NCBI GenBank assembly: GCA_043809145.1
Contig: JAZDED010000034.1
Coordinates: 6,423-70,422, forward strand
DNA from: Candidatus Omnitrophota bacterium
GTDB lineage: Bacteria > Omnitrophota > Gorgyraeia > Gygaellales > Profunditerraquicolaceae
DNA: 64,000 nucleotides
Reading direction: 5' to 3'
Part shown: one piece after another, positions 46,243 through 57,142 of the stretch
Layout: every line of letters begins with the position of its first letter
How positions within the stretch are numbered: the first letter of the stretch is position 1
Position numbers and translations under genes: made by a program
The notes under the pieces: model-generated
What the model was told of the DNA's origin: nothing
Database searches by the model: none
Seen by the model: only the letters and a program-made list of their open reading frames with translations

Positions 46243-48543
46243 TTAACACTTAGAATAACCGCAAGCCTGGCACTTCTGACATCCTTCTTCATGCCTCAGT
46301 GTGCCTCCGCAATCAGGGCATACTCCTACAATATCGCCGCGGGAATGACTATCAAGGATATTATCCAGGGTTACCTCGTCGGTATTAGAGTGTTTCATGG
46401 CAAGTGAAGTGGCTTCGCTGACTACGGAATTAATCAGGCTATTCACAAGTCTTTTCTCAACTACACGGGCAATAGCATCAGCGCAGGAAAAAATCCTCTG
46501 CCCTTTCTCCCAGGATGGCGAGGGGCAGCGGATATTACGTAATTGTTCAATAATCGACTTTACTTCCAGGCCCGAACGAAAACCTAAAGAAACAAGCCTG
46601 CCTATAGCCTCCAACTGTGAAGCAGCGCATCCTCCGGCCTTGCCCATCTGGGTAAAAAGCTCAAAAGGCTTACCCTGCTCATCAACATTAATGGTCACAT
46701 AAAGATTACCGCAGCCTGTAGCCACTTTAGTAGTAGTCCCGATAATAACCTCAGGACGCGGGCGCGGAGCAACTTCCTTTATAAATGCTTCTTTTTTCTT
46801 TTCCTCTTTTGTATCTTTACGCGCTATATTAAGCACCTGCTCCTGACGGCTTCCGTCACGATAGATAGTAATACCCTTACAATTCAATTCATAAGCTAAT
46901 AAATAGGCCTTGCGCACATCTTCTAGTTTAGCCGCATGCGGAAAATTAATCGTTTTGGATACTGCGTTATGGGTATATTTTTGAAAAGCTGCCTGCATCC
47001 TTACATGCCACTCCGGTGAAATATCATGAGCAGTTACAAATACGCTCTTTATGTCCTCAGGTATGCCTTCAATATTCTTTAAAGAACCTTCCTCGGCTAT
47101 TTTCTCCATAAGTTGCCTGCTGTAGAAACCGCGCTCTTTAGCAATACTTTCAAATAAAGGATCCACCTCCACCAGCTTATCATTATCCATGACATTTCGA
47201 TAATAAACTATAGCGTATAGGGGTTCGATTCCCGAAGAGCAAGGCCCAGCGATAATACTAATGGTTCCGGTTGGAGCAATGGTAGTCAAGGTAGCATTGC
47301 GCATTTTCAGACCACCTTCCTTCTTATCATAGATACTATCTTTAAAGGAAGGAAAAACCCCTTTTTCTTTGGCTAATCTCTGGGACTCTTTATTAGCCTC
47401 CTGTAAAATAAAAGACATGATTTTTTCTGCCAGGTTTACTGCTTCTTCGCTATTATAAGCAATGTTTAACCGAATCAACAGGCTCGCCCATCCCATAACC
47501 CCCAGGCCGATTTTGCGGGTGAGCTTGGTTGCTTTTTCGATTGCCGGAATAGGATACTTATTGATATCAATAACGTTATCCAGAAAATGCACCGCCAGTC
47601 GAGTAACCTCTTTTAACTTATCCCAATCCACAGCATAACCACCAGAGCCCTGCTTAAAAATCCTGTCTAAATTTATTGACCCCAGGTCACAACTCTCATA
47701 GGGCAAAAGCGGCTGTTCTCCACAAGGATTAGTGCTCTCCACTTCCCCGAGTTTAGGAGTAGGGTTTTCTTTATTTATGTTATCAATAAAAATTACTCCC
47801 GGTTCTCCGTTTTTGTGCGCCTGTTTTACTATCAAATCAAAAACTTCTTTCGTGTTGATAAGGCTGACTACTTCATGGCTATGAGGATCAATCAACTCAT
47901 AGTCCTCTTGGTTTTGCAACTTCTCCATAAACTTATCGGTAATAGCCACGGAGATATTAAAATTATTAATCTGGTCGTTATTTTCTTTACAGGTAATAAA
48001 CTCTAATATATCCGGATGATCTACCCTTAATATGCCCATATTCGCCCCGCGGCGCGTGCCGCCCTGCTTAACGGCTTCGGTTGCCGCATCATAAACCTTC
48101 ATAAAAGAAACCGGACCCGAAGCTACGCCGCCGGTAGTTTTTACTACCGAATTCTTTGGCCTCAACCTGGAAAAAGAAAATCCGGTTCCACCGCCGGATT
48201 TATGAATCATGGCTGTGGACTTTAGGGTCTCGAATATCGAATCCATGGAATCATTAATAGGAAGGGTAAAGCAGGCGCTGAGCTGCCCCAAATCCCTGCC
48301 GGCATTCATCAGACACGGTGAATTAGGGACAAATTCCAGGTTTGTCATGACGCGGTAGAAATCTTCAGCAACCCGGTTTATCTCGTCCTTGGACTTATTG
48401 TACTTTTTATCTGCCTCTGCTATAGCTCTGGCCACCCTGCGAAACATCTCTTCAGGAGTCTCCACTACTTTTCCATTTTGGTCTTTTTTAAGATACCTTC
48501 TCTCCAAAACACGCAGGGCATTTTCTGAAAGCTTTAAAGCCAT
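46243..48543 (-). CDS. nrdJ: Adenosylcobalamin-dependent (class II) ribonucleotide reductase with a C-terminal Zn-ribbon.
   Basis: 766 aa; RNR catalytic core; C-terminal CPDCGG...CQKCQACG. Confidence 0.8.
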   Translation of the reverse strand: MALKLSENALRVLERRYLKKDQNGKVVETPEEMFRRVARAIAEADKKYNKSKDEINRVAEDFYRVMTNLEFVPNSPCLMNAGRDLGQLSACFTLPINDSMDSIFETLKSTAMIHKSGGGTGFSFSRLRPKNSVVKTTGGVASGPVSFMKVYDAATEAVKQGGTRRGANMGILRVDHPDILEFITCKENNDQINNFNISVAITDKFMEKLQNQEDYELIDPHSHEVVSLINTKEVFDLIVKQAHKNGEPGVIFIDNINKENPTPKLGEVESTNPCGEQPLLPYESCDLGSINLDRIFKQGSGGYAVDWDKLKEVTRLAVHFLDNVIDINKYPIPAIEKATKLTRKIGLGVMGWASLLIRLNIAYNSEEAVNLAEKIMSFILQEANKESQRLAKEKGVFPSFKDSIYDKKEGGLKMRNATLTTIAPTGTISIIAGPCSSGIEPLYAIVYYRNVMDNDKLVEVDPLFESIAKERGFYSRQLMEKIAEEGSLKNIEGIPEDIKSVFVTAHDISPEWHVRMQAAFQKYTHNAVSKTINFPHAAKLEDVRKAYLLAYELNCKGITIYRDGSRQEQVLNIARKDTKEEKKKEAFIKEVAPRPRPEVIIGTTTKVATGCGNLYVTINVDEQGKPFELFTQMGKAGGCAASQLEAIGRLVSLGFRSGLEVKSIIEQLRNIRCPSPSWEKGQRIFSCADAIARVVEKRLVNSLINSVVSEATSLAMKHSNTDEVTLDNILDSHSRGDIVGVCPDCGGTLRHEEGCQKCQACGYSKC

Positions 48544-48608
48544 GACTTTTCCTCCTCGGGTGCATTATATATAAAGACGGTTGCTATTGAAATCTAAAAG
48601 GCTATTCG

Positions 48609-48637
48609 AGTATAGCCCAGTTTAAATTATTTGTCAA
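48609..48637 (-). promoter_or_regulatory. Consensus sigma70 promoter (TTGACA-17-TATACT) upstream of nrdJ.
   Basis: Read on the minus strand about 60 nt upstream of the ATG. Confidence 0.45.
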
Positions 48638-48720
48638 TAAAAATACTACAGGTAGTGCTAAGACCAGCGCTTAACTACAAGGGGTTGTGCAACAAATACG
48701 TTTTAAAAACTACTCGCTGC

Positions 48721-49746
48721 TTATTTTACCGACGCGCAAGATTCCCTAACGATTAATTCTGTCTGAAGAAGCATCCTCTTTATTTTAGGTTTATCCTTGG
48801 CATCCATTAAAACCTTTAATTCCTTGACTGCCTGTTCCGCCATCCTGACCAAAGGCTGCCGGACTGTGGTCAGGGCTACCGGCCCATACAAGCCTGAAGG
48901 ATTATCGTCATAACCGATAATCGACAAATCATTAGGCACCTTAAGGCCTTTTTCGACTACGACTGTCATAACCTCCAGGGCCATGGAATCGGAAGAAACA
49001 AAAACTGCCGTAGGCCTCTTAGGAATTTTAAGTATCTTCTCAGCGGCAATACGCGCCTGGCCGCGAGAATAATCTGTTTTTAACACATAGCCTTCGTTAA
49101 AACTTATCCTATTTTTCTCTAAAGAACGCTTGTAACCCTCCAGGCGCTGCAACGCAGACTGTGTATTCAAATCCCCGGAAATATGCACTATATTCTTATG
49201 GCCCAATCCAACCAGATAATCCACGGCATTTTCCGCACCGCCTATATTATCTATGGCAATGTAGCTGACGGCAAAGTTCGTTACACAATTGTTTATTACA
49301 ATAACCGGAACTCCAGAAACCAAGGCTTCTTCTAATTGGATGCGATTACCGATAATGTCGGCGAATATGACTCCCCCAAGGCCGTTAAAATTAATCCGAT
49401 TGTTGCTATCGGTAATATTAAGTAATAAATCAAGTTTTAATACCTGACAAAGCGTCCCTATGCCGCGGATAAGCTCTAAGAGGTAAAATGAATAAAACAT
49501 TCCTTCGTAACGCGGAATTATAAGGCTAATAACATTACTTTTGCCGGTGGCCAAACGCTGCGCCAGAAGCGAAGGCTGATAATTAAGCTGCTTTATTACT
49601 TCCAGGACTTTTTGCTGGCTCTTCTCCTTAACCGAAGGAAATTTATTGATAACACGAGACACGGTGCTGATAGATACACCGGAGGCGCGGGCAACATCCT
49701 TTATGGAAAATCGAGTCGTAGAAGGGGTTTTTTTGGTTCGAACCAT
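48721..49746 (-). CDS. LacI family transcriptional regulator.
   Basis: N-terminal HTH (IKDVARASGVSISTVSRVIN) plus a periplasmic-binding-protein-like domain. Confidence 0.85.
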   Translation of the reverse strand: MVRTKKTPSTTRFSIKDVARASGVSISTVSRVINKFPSVKEKSQQKVLEVIKQLNYQPSLLAQRLATGKSNVISLIIPRYEGMFYSFYLLELIRGIGTLCQVLKLDLLLNITDSNNRINFNGLGGVIFADIIGNRIQLEEALVSGVPVIVINNCVTNFAVSYIAIDNIGGAENAVDYLVGLGHKNIVHISGDLNTQSALQRLEGYKRSLEKNRISFNEGYVLKTDYSRGQARIAAEKILKIPKRPTAVFVSSDSMALEVMTVVVEKGLKVPNDLSIIGYDDNPSGLYGPVALTTVRQPLVRMAEQAVKELKVLMDAKDKPKIKRMLLQTELIVRESCASVK

Positions 49747-49758
49747 GAAAATAAAATA

Positions 49759-50955
49759 TTATTTAATCTTATCGCCTACATCTATGGCAACGGATTCGCT
49801 TTTTATATCGCAAGCCGAAATCTCTTCCCGGGTTTTAATTACTTCCAGCACTCCAATTGATTGACCGTTACGGTAAACTTCAAAAAGTTCACCTGTCTTA
49901 ACACCTTGTTTCTCACCTAAATTAATAATCACGAAGTTGTTCTCTTTATTAACTGAAATAACCTGGGGGTCTGTATTGGGAGTTTCTGCCACTGCTTGCC
50001 TTGCCTGCGGCCGCACTACAATAGGAGGCAATTGTACTGACTGGTGCCCGGCGAAAGCCTCAGAGATGCCTTCAGAAAGATTTGTATTCTTCTCCACATC
50101 ATACCTTAATTGATCCATCTGCAGCATTTTTTCTTTGACAAAGTTCTCCATCTTGCCTAGGCCTTCTTCCAAATCTTTATTCTTGCCTTCTATTTCCACA
50201 AGCTTTGCTTCCAACGCAACTTTACGCGCCGTAATACCATTAAGCTGCCGGCGTATAGCAGAATTCTCCGCCTTAATTCCTTTTACTTCAGATTGGATGC
50301 GAAATTTGTCTTCCTTTTCCCGCACTAGTTCCTGGGTAATAGCATCGGTAATCTTCTGGTTATACTCCATCTGCCTTTTTAAATCTTCAGACTGCCGATT
50401 AATGCTCTTAATATCCAGGTCTAAACTAACCTTCTCCCTAAGCAGCTTTTCATTCTCTAGTTTTATATTTTTCAATTCACTGCGCGCGTTATCCAGCTGA
50501 AATTCCAGATTCGTCTTCTGCTTTAATATGCCTGCCCAATAGATATCATCCGTAGGGGCTGCGGAACTTCGGCTGCCAGTTTCTCTTATTAAGGGCTGCT
50601 CTTGAGTTGATCTGGCAGAAACAGAAAGCTCTTTTAATCTAGCAGTCAAAAGCTCTTTGTCCTTATTTACCGCCTCCAGCTTTCTTTGATAATCTATTTT
50701 TTCCTTGGAGAACCTGTCCATCTCCATGGTCATTCTGTCGAGGTCCCGGGTCAACGAACTCACTCTGTCTTCGAGTTGCTTGCCCCTTCTCGAGGCATCA
50801 TCCAACTTCTTATCAGATATATTCTTTTGCTCAAAAAGCTTGGCATTCTCCTCTTCCAGTAAAGTCTTGGTATTCACCAGAAAAAGGTTAAGGGCAAGGC
50901 TAACCACTAATATTACCGCCAAACCTATAACCACGAATTTCATTTTATCCGGCAT
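49759..50955 (-). CDS. Membrane-anchored long coiled-coil protein with a small C-terminal beta domain.
   Basis: N-terminal TM, about 280 aa of heptad-rich sequence, then a C-terminal NFVIINLG...GVLEVI domain. Confidence 0.35.
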   Translation of the reverse strand: MPDKMKFVVIGLAVILVVSLALNLFLVNTKTLLEEENAKLFEQKNISDKKLDDASRRGKQLEDRVSSLTRDLDRMTMEMDRFSKEKIDYQRKLEAVNKDKELLTARLKELSVSARSTQEQPLIRETGSRSSAAPTDDIYWAGILKQKTNLEFQLDNARSELKNIKLENEKLLREKVSLDLDIKSINRQSEDLKRQMEYNQKITDAITQELVREKEDKFRIQSEVKGIKAENSAIRRQLNGITARKVALEAKLVEIEGKNKDLEEGLGKMENFVKEKMLQMDQLRYDVEKNTNLSEGISEAFAGHQSVQLPPIVVRPQARQAVAETPNTDPQVISVNKENNFVIINLGEKQGVKTGELFEVYRNGQSIGVLEVIKTREEISACDIKSESVAIDVGDKIK

Positions 50956-50965
50956 ACATCCTCCC

Positions 50966-52204
50966 CTAATCTAATTTTGCAAAAATCCTTTGCATTACCA
51001 GACTTCCCGCTCCCAAAGCAACAGCGTTTTCTCTAAGTCGTGAATACATAATCTTCAAATCTTCTGTACATTCCCGGAATGCCCAGTCTTTAACCGTAGA
51101 GATCACGCGGTTTAAGAAATCATCCCCGGCATCTTCCAGTCCTCCTCCGATAACCACCATCTCCGGGTTCAAAAGATTAACCAATGAAGCAATTTTAATC
51201 CCCAATCTTTTAGCTGCCCGGTCAAGGCAGGAAGTTACTATGTTGTGCCCCATGCGGTTAGCAATGAATACGCTCTTTAGATCTACATTATCTATATTCG
51301 CAGAGGTAATCTTGAAAAATGTTGCGGCTTCATCTTTACTTTTCGATAATTCCAATTTAATATCTTCAATAATGCCTAAATCCATCTCCCATCGTTTCAA
51401 CAAACAATCATTACCGATATCGCATTTAAACAGGTCTTGCTCTTTGTAATTATAAACCGCAACCTCTCCCGCGTAACCTTGCGCGCCGCGGTAAAGCTTA
51501 CCGTCCATGATAATACCGCAACCGACCCCTGAAAACATATAAAGCAAATTTTTTACCTGATTATCCTGGCCCAGCCAGTATTCTCCGAAGCAGGCGCTGG
51601 TAGCGTCATTTTCAATCAGGGTTGTCAGATTAAATTCCCTTTCAATCAACTCGCGAAAAGAAAGTTCAACCGAGGCATAGGTATAGTAGTGATCCATCTT
51701 CTGAGGCCAATGCACTGAACCATCCCTCTTATTAACTAACCCGGCTACACCCAGGCCTATACCTTTGATGTTGGCGGTATAATCTTTAGAGCGCCTTAAA
51801 ACCTCGCGAATAATCTCCAGGAGGCATTCGGCAATCTCATTAACCGAAGCCTTGGGCCTGGCAATCTGAGTCTTAGTGATGATATTGCCTTTTAAATCAA
51901 TGAGCAATCCGACCATATTCATGAGGTTTAACCCCACCCCTATGGCATACCCGCCTTCGGGGTTTAAGTCAACCAACGTGGGCCTTCTTCCGCCCTCTGA
52001 ACGGTCTAATTCTCTTTCAAAAACAATATTTTTCTTGATAAACTCGTCAATATAGCTGGATACAGTTACGACATTTATCCCGATTTCTTTGGAGATATCC
52101 GGACGGCTTAACGGCCCGAATTTCTTTAATACCTCCAGGATATCAATGTTACGTCTTTCTTTTTCAGTAAAGTTATCTTTGTGGAATTCTCTGGACAGGG
52201 TCAT
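50966..52204 (-). CDS. ROK family protein (NagC/XylR-type regulator/kinase).
   Basis: N-terminal HTH plus ROK sugar-kinase fold with the CxCGxxGC(LE) motif region; 412 aa. Confidence 0.75.
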   Translation of the reverse strand: MTLSREFHKDNFTEKERRNIDILEVLKKFGPLSRPDISKEIGINVVTVSSYIDEFIKKNIVFERELDRSEGGRRPTLVDLNPEGGYAIGVGLNLMNMVGLLIDLKGNIITKTQIARPKASVNEIAECLLEIIREVLRRSKDYTANIKGIGLGVAGLVNKRDGSVHWPQKMDHYYTYASVELSFRELIEREFNLTTLIENDATSACFGEYWLGQDNQVKNLLYMFSGVGCGIIMDGKLYRGAQGYAGEVAVYNYKEQDLFKCDIGNDCLLKRWEMDLGIIEDIKLELSKSKDEAATFFKITSANIDNVDLKSVFIANRMGHNIVTSCLDRAAKRLGIKIASLVNLLNPEMVVIGGGLEDAGDDFLNRVISTVKDWAFRECTEDLKIMYSRLRENAVALGAGSLVMQRIFAKLD

Positions 52205-52466
52205 TCTTGGATTGGAATGATATAGCTTAATAGAAATAAAATTTATAATCTATAAATAATTTACTTATTTATACTACCAATAATGTTGCAAGTCAAGTAT
52301 TTTTAAATATTCGCAAAGATTTTTCTAAACGAAAACCGTTCCTATTGCCGCCTCAAAACCTCTGCTTGCATAAAATAACCTCAGCAAACATTATAATCTT
52401 CTTGCGATTGACTATTAAATAAAAATTGGTATAATTATACAGGTTTCACAACAGGTTAACTTAAGC

Positions 52467-52538
52467 GCCGATGTGGCTCAATGGTAGAGCAAGGCTTTCG
52501 TAAAGCCTGGGTTGGTGGTTCGATTCCACTCATCGGCT
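52467..52538 (+). tRNA. tRNA-Thr (anticodon CGT).
   Basis: Cloverleaf folded by hand: acceptor GCCGATG/CATCGGC, D-stem GCTC/GAGC, anticodon stem AGGCT/AGCCT with loop TTCGTAA, T-loop TTCGATT. Confidence 0.8.
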
Positions 52539-52547
52539 AAATTAAAA

Positions 52548-53804
52548 ATGTCAAATTTTCGAATAATACTTAAAAACAGGGATTTTCTGCTCTTATGGAG
52601 CGGGCAGATCATTTCGCAAATTGGCGACCGGCTTAACCAGATGGCTTTGATTGCCTTTGTTTACCTGCGCGCTCCCGGGTCATCCATTGAAATAGCTAAA
52701 ATCCTCTCTTTTACCATTATGCCGGTATTCATCATCGGCCCTATCGCCGGCGCCTATGTGGACCGCTGGAATAGACGCCAGACAATGTTTACCTGCGATT
52801 TCCTGCGCGCTATACTGATCCTGTTTATACCTCTATTTCTATTCCACGCTAAAAGCCTAACCTGGGTTATATACCTGATTATATTTATAGTCTTTTCCAT
52901 CAGCCGTTTTTTTGTCCCGGCAAAACTGGCCATCATACCTGACCTGGTAAAAAAAGAAGAACTCCTCATGGCAAATTCCCTTATCAACACCACCGGCATG
53001 ATTGCTGCCATACTGGGATTCGGCATAAGCGGGATAATTGTAGAAAAGATCGGCGCTCAAGGAGGATTTTACCTGGATACCTTTAGCTTCCTGGTCTCAG
53101 GAACGCTAATATTTATGATCGCTAAAAGAACGGGCCTCTCCCTTAATCTTAAAAAAGTAGGTAAGGAATTCGTGGGCTCTATACGTAAATCTCTGTTCCA
53201 GGAAATTAAAGAGGGTATCCTCTATTTTATTAAAAACAAAGAGATCCGGCTTACCACGGGCATCATCTTCGTGCTCTGGTCAGCCCTGGGAGCGGTTTAC
53301 GTGGTAGCAATTGTCTTTATACAAGAATCCCTGCACTCAGCTACCAAAGATTTGGGCCTCTTAGCCATGTTCCTGGGCTTAGGGCTACTCTGCGGCTCTT
53401 TATTTTATGGCCGCTTCGGACAGCGTTTATCACAGTATAAAATAATATTTGTATCTTTAATATTAAGCGGTTTAATGCTCATTGTTTTTGCCCTGGGGAT
53501 CGAGCGCTACCCATCCCTATCGCTGGCGGCAACATTGTCTTTTGCCCTGGGTTTATTCATTGCTCCGATTATGATTGCCTCCAACACGATCATCCATAAT
53601 GTAAGCCATAACCATATGATGGGCAAGATCTTCAGCTCCCTGGAAATCGTAATGCATCTGGGATTCGTAATCTTTATGTTTGTAACCAGCTTCTGGGCAG
53701 AGAAGGTTAATCCTACTATTATCCTGGTTACAGCCGGCTTCATCGTAACTAACCTCGGCGTTATCAACCTTATTACCGACCGCAGAAAGAAATGGTCAAT
53801 TTAA
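52548..53804 (+). CDS. MFS transporter. Start moved to the ATG at 52548, downstream of the tRNA.
   Basis: 12 predicted TM helices; MFS-like motif around GDRLNQ. Confidence 0.7.
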   Translation: MSNFRIILKNRDFLLLWSGQIISQIGDRLNQMALIAFVYLRAPGSSIEIAKILSFTIMPVFIIGPIAGAYVDRWNRRQTMFTCDFLRAILILFIPLFLFHAKSLTWVIYLIIFIVFSISRFFVPAKLAIIPDLVKKEELLMANSLINTTGMIAAILGFGISGIIVEKIGAQGGFYLDTFSFLVSGTLIFMIAKRTGLSLNLKKVGKEFVGSIRKSLFQEIKEGILYFIKNKEIRLTTGIIFVLWSALGAVYVVAIVFIQESLHSATKDLGLLAMFLGLGLLCGSLFYGRFGQRLSQYKIIFVSLILSGLMLIVFALGIERYPSLSLAATLSFALGLFIAPIMIASNTIIHNVSHNHMMGKIFSSLEIVMHLGFVIFMFVTSFWAEKVNPTIILVTAGFIVTNLGVINLITDRRKKWSI

Positions 53805-55063
53805 AAGAAAATAAACACCGCACCGAACACAAGCAAATTGAATCAATCCCAGCGCCTAAAAGAGCTTATATATCATTGAATCAACAGCTTAAAAAAAGCT
53901 TTTCACCGCTGGTAAAAGCAGGTGACCAGGTACTTAAGGGGCAGAAGATTGCCAGTATTAAAGAAGGCATATATTCGGCTATTCACTCTCCCATATCGGG
54001 AAAGATCTTTTCTATCCAGGATTCCCCGCATCAGGTATTGGGAAAAGGCAAAGCTATTATTATCGATAATGATTTTCAGGAAAAAAGTGTTGCTACATAC
54101 CTACGCACACAGAAAGAAATCGATAGCCTGGACGCGCAAGAGTTACGCGCAATAATACGCGAAACAGGAATAGTCGGATTAGGCGGAGCAGGTTTTCCCA
54201 GTTATATAAAACTCACCCCCCCAAGACCAATACATACATTGATTATTAACGGCGCGGAATGCGAGCCCTACCTGACCTGCGATTACCGCATTATGTTAGA
54301 AAAGACCGAAGAAATAATCCTGGGCATAGGGCTAATTGCCAGGTGTTTAGGCGCAAAGGATATATATATAGGTATAGAAGATAATAAACCCAAAGCTATA
54401 GAAAAATTCAGGTCCAAGGGGCAAGGATTAAAAGTTAAAGTCTTAAAAAGCTTTTACCCGCAGGGAGGAGAAAAACAGATTATAAAGAATATAACCAATA
54501 ACGAAGTAGAGCGAGGGAAACTTCCTTTTGACTCTGGAGTAGTCGTACAAAACGTTGGGACAGCGCTATCCATTTACGAAGCAGTCTATCTTAATAAACC
54601 GCTTTTTGAGAGGGTAATGACCGTAACCGGGAGTTGCCTGGTTAACCCTAAAAATCTTAAAGTCTGTATCGGTACCCCTATTAAAGAACTGATTGATTTC
54701 TGCGGTCCACTTAAAGAAAATCCGGCAAAGATAGTCATTGGCGGCCCGATGATGGGCATCGCCCAAAACAATGTTATGACCCCGGTTATAAAATCCACTA
54801 CCGGAGTTATCCTCTTCAATAAAAAAGAGGCTCAAACCACGGATGAAGAACCTTGCATCCGCTGCGCAGCCTGCGTAAGGGAATGCCCGGTAGGGCTAAT
54901 GCCCTGCATGATAAATTTAGCTTCAATAAAACAGTTATGGCCGCAAGCTAAAGATTTCGGCGCTCTGGACTGTATTGAATGCGGATTATGCAGTTATGTC
55001 TGCCCGGCTAACCGCAGATTAGTTCAATCAATAAAAATGGCAAAACTAGAGGCAATTGTATGA
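53792..55063 (+). CDS. rnfC: Rnf complex subunit C.
   Basis: NADH-binding-like domain and two 4Fe-4S motifs (CIRCAACVRECP; CIECGLCSYVCP). Confidence 0.85.
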   Translation: MVNLKENKHRTEHKQIESIPAPKRAYISLNQQLKKSFSPLVKAGDQVLKGQKIASIKEGIYSAIHSPISGKIFSIQDSPHQVLGKGKAIIIDNDFQEKSVATYLRTQKEIDSLDAQELRAIIRETGIVGLGGAGFPSYIKLTPPRPIHTLIINGAECEPYLTCDYRIMLEKTEEIILGIGLIARCLGAKDIYIGIEDNKPKAIEKFRSKGQGLKVKVLKSFYPQGGEKQIIKNITNNEVERGKLPFDSGVVVQNVGTALSIYEAVYLNKPLFERVMTVTGSCLVNPKNLKVCIGTPIKELIDFCGPLKENPAKIVIGGPMMGIAQNNVMTPVIKSTTGVILFNKKEAQTTDEEPCIRCAACVRECPVGLMPCMINLASIKQLWPQAKDFGALDCIECGLCSYVCPANRRLVQSIKMAKLEAIV

Positions 55064-55581
55064 AAGACTTGTTTAAATATGGACTCGTATTAGGGGTTAT
55101 ATGCGCGATAGCTACCGGCCTTCTGGCGGGAATGAACGCGCTTACTCAACCCAGAATTATTGCCCAGGCTGCCGAAGAACTAAATAATAGCCTAAAAGAA
55201 ATCCTGCCTGAAGCGGCTAGTTTTGAAGCAGTAACCCGTGAAGAAAAAATTATTTATTACAAGGCCTACGATTCACGAAAGAATATTATTGGCGCAGCTT
55301 TTAAGGCAAGCGCTAAAGGATACTCCAGTACCATTGAAACACTTGTAGGCATGTTAAAAAACGGCCAGATAACCGCGATTAAAGTAATAGACCAGAATGA
55401 AACCCCGGGTTTGGGAAGCCAAATAACAGATAAAGGCTTCTGCGGTCAATTCAGCAATAAAGGTATCTCTGGCCTATCAGATATTCATGCAATAACCGGA
55501 GCAACCATATCTTCCCGGGCGGTAATAGATTCAGTAAAGCAGAAATCACAGGAAATCGGGGAATTAATAAAAAATGAATAA
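55060..55581 (+). CDS. rnfG: Rnf complex subunit G (FMN-binding).
   Basis: Single N-terminal TM, ETPGLG and the covalent-FMN motif TGATISSRAV. Confidence 0.8.
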   Translation: MKDLFKYGLVLGVICAIATGLLAGMNALTQPRIIAQAAEELNNSLKEILPEAASFEAVTREEKIIYYKAYDSRKNIIGAAFKASAKGYSSTIETLVGMLKNGQITAIKVIDQNETPGLGSQITDKGFCGQFSNKGISGLSDIHAITGATISSRAVIDSVKQKSQEIGELIKNE

Positions 55582-56518
55582 GCCGTTAATAGTAAATAGC
55601 TGGCCGCATCTACACACCAAAGAATCCGTAAAACGTATTATGTGGTTGGTAACATTAAGCCTGGTACCAACCGGTTTTATGGGTGTGCGCATCTTCGGCT
55701 GGAATTCGTTATGGGTAATAGCCATTAGCGTATCCGCGGCATTAGCTACTGAGTTAATCTTTCAGCTTCTTACCAGAAGAAAAATAACCCTTGGAGATGG
55801 AAGCGCATTCCTGACCGGACTCTTATTAGCCTACAACCTGCCTCCGGAAATACCCTTCTGGATTCCCCTTGTAGGTTCATTCTTTGCTATTGCTATAGGA
55901 AAACAGGTCTTTGGCGGATTAGGGCAAAATATTTTTAATCCGGCCCTGGTCGGCAGGGCATTTTTGGTTGCTTCCTGGCCAAAATATATGACTAATTTTA
56001 CCCGGCCTTTTAATTATGACGCCGTAACTCAAGCCACTCCCCTGGCCCTGCTTAAAGAAGGAAGCCTAGAGCCTCACTTGTCATATTTGGACCTCTTTCT
56101 CGGCTATCGGGGCGGATGTATAGGAGAAGTTTGTATCTGGGCGCTTTTACTGGGAGCAGCATTTCTGCTTATTAAAGGCTACATCAGCTGGCACACACCT
56201 TTTACTTATATAGGCAGTGTGGCTGTATTCACTTATGCCTTCGGCGGAAAAACCGGATTATTTACCGGCGATTGGATATTCCATCTTTTAACCGGGGGAT
56301 TAATCCTAGGAGCTTTCTTTATGGCTACTGATTATGTAACCAGCCCTCTTACGGCAAAGGGACAGATTATATTCGGTATAGGTTGCGGAATACTAACCTC
56401 CGTAATCCGTATTTGGGGCGGATATCCTGAAGGAGTATCATATTCTATACTTATGATGAATGCTGCCGCTCCTTTTATTGATCGTTATACAAAGAACAGA
56501 ATATACGGATCAAAATAG
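55574..56518 (+). CDS. rnfD: Rnf complex subunit D.
   Basis: NqrB/RnfD polytopic protein; C-terminal LMMNAAAPFIDRYT. Confidence 0.8.
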   Translation: MNKPLIVNSWPHLHTKESVKRIMWLVTLSLVPTGFMGVRIFGWNSLWVIAISVSAALATELIFQLLTRRKITLGDGSAFLTGLLLAYNLPPEIPFWIPLVGSFFAIAIGKQVFGGLGQNIFNPALVGRAFLVASWPKYMTNFTRPFNYDAVTQATPLALLKEGSLEPHLSYLDLFLGYRGGCIGEVCIWALLLGAAFLLIKGYISWHTPFTYIGSVAVFTYAFGGKTGLFTGDWIFHLLTGGLILGAFFMATDYVTSPLTAKGQIIFGIGCGILTSVIRIWGGYPEGVSYSILMMNAAAPFIDRYTKNRIYGSK

Positions 56519-56548
56519 CTATTGGTTTAAAAGCCTGAATAATTAAAT

Positions 56549-57142
56549 ATGAAAAACTTAATAAAAGAGTTCGCAAAAGGGATTATTAAGGAAAACCCCA
56601 CTTTCGTATTAGCGCTGGGGCTTTGCCCAACCCTGGCTGTATCCGTATCGTTAATAAACGGTATCGGTATGGGCATAGCTGCCACTTTTGTACTGCTAGG
56701 TTCCAATATTATTATTGCCTTATTAAAAAATTTTATTCCGGCTAAAGTACGGATACCCTGTTTTATCGTAGTCATTGCCACTTTCGTAACCATAGTTGAA
56801 ATGCTCATGAAAGCCTATAGCCCGGCTTTAAACCGCGCGCTGGGAATCTATGTCCCGCTTATCGTAGTTAATTGCATGGTTCTGGGCAGAGCAGAGGCCT
56901 TTGCTTCCAAGAATTCAATGGTTAAGTCTTTCTTTGACGGTTTAGGTATGGGTATTGGCTTTACTCTGGCCCTGGCCCTTATTTCTGCCGTACGGGAAGT
57001 ACTTGGCGCAGGAAAAATTATGGGATATACATTAATTAAAGGGTTTAATCCGGCATTAATATTCAGCCTTCCCGCAGGAGCACTTTTGGTTATCGGCTTA
57101 CTACTGGGTTTTTTTAACATCTTTAAAGAAAGAAGAAAATGA
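56549..57142 (+). CDS. rnfE: Rnf complex subunit E.
   Basis: NPTFVLALGLCPTLAV N-terminus typical of RnfE/NqrD. Confidence 0.8.
   Translation: MKNLIKEFAKGIIKENPTFVLALGLCPTLAVSVSLINGIGMGIAATFVLLGSNIIIALLKNFIPAKVRIPCFIVVIATFVTIVEMLMKAYSPALNRALGIYVPLIVVNCMVLGRAEAFASKNSMVKSFFDGLGMGIGFTLALALISAVREVLGAGKIMGYTLIKGFNPALIFSLPAGALLVIGLLLGFFNIFKERRK

Noticed and set aside
48544-48720. NrdR boxes upstream of nrdJ.
   Set aside because: A good sigma70 promoter is present, but I could not find the paired 16-bp NrdR palindromes. No nrdR gene is in the window.
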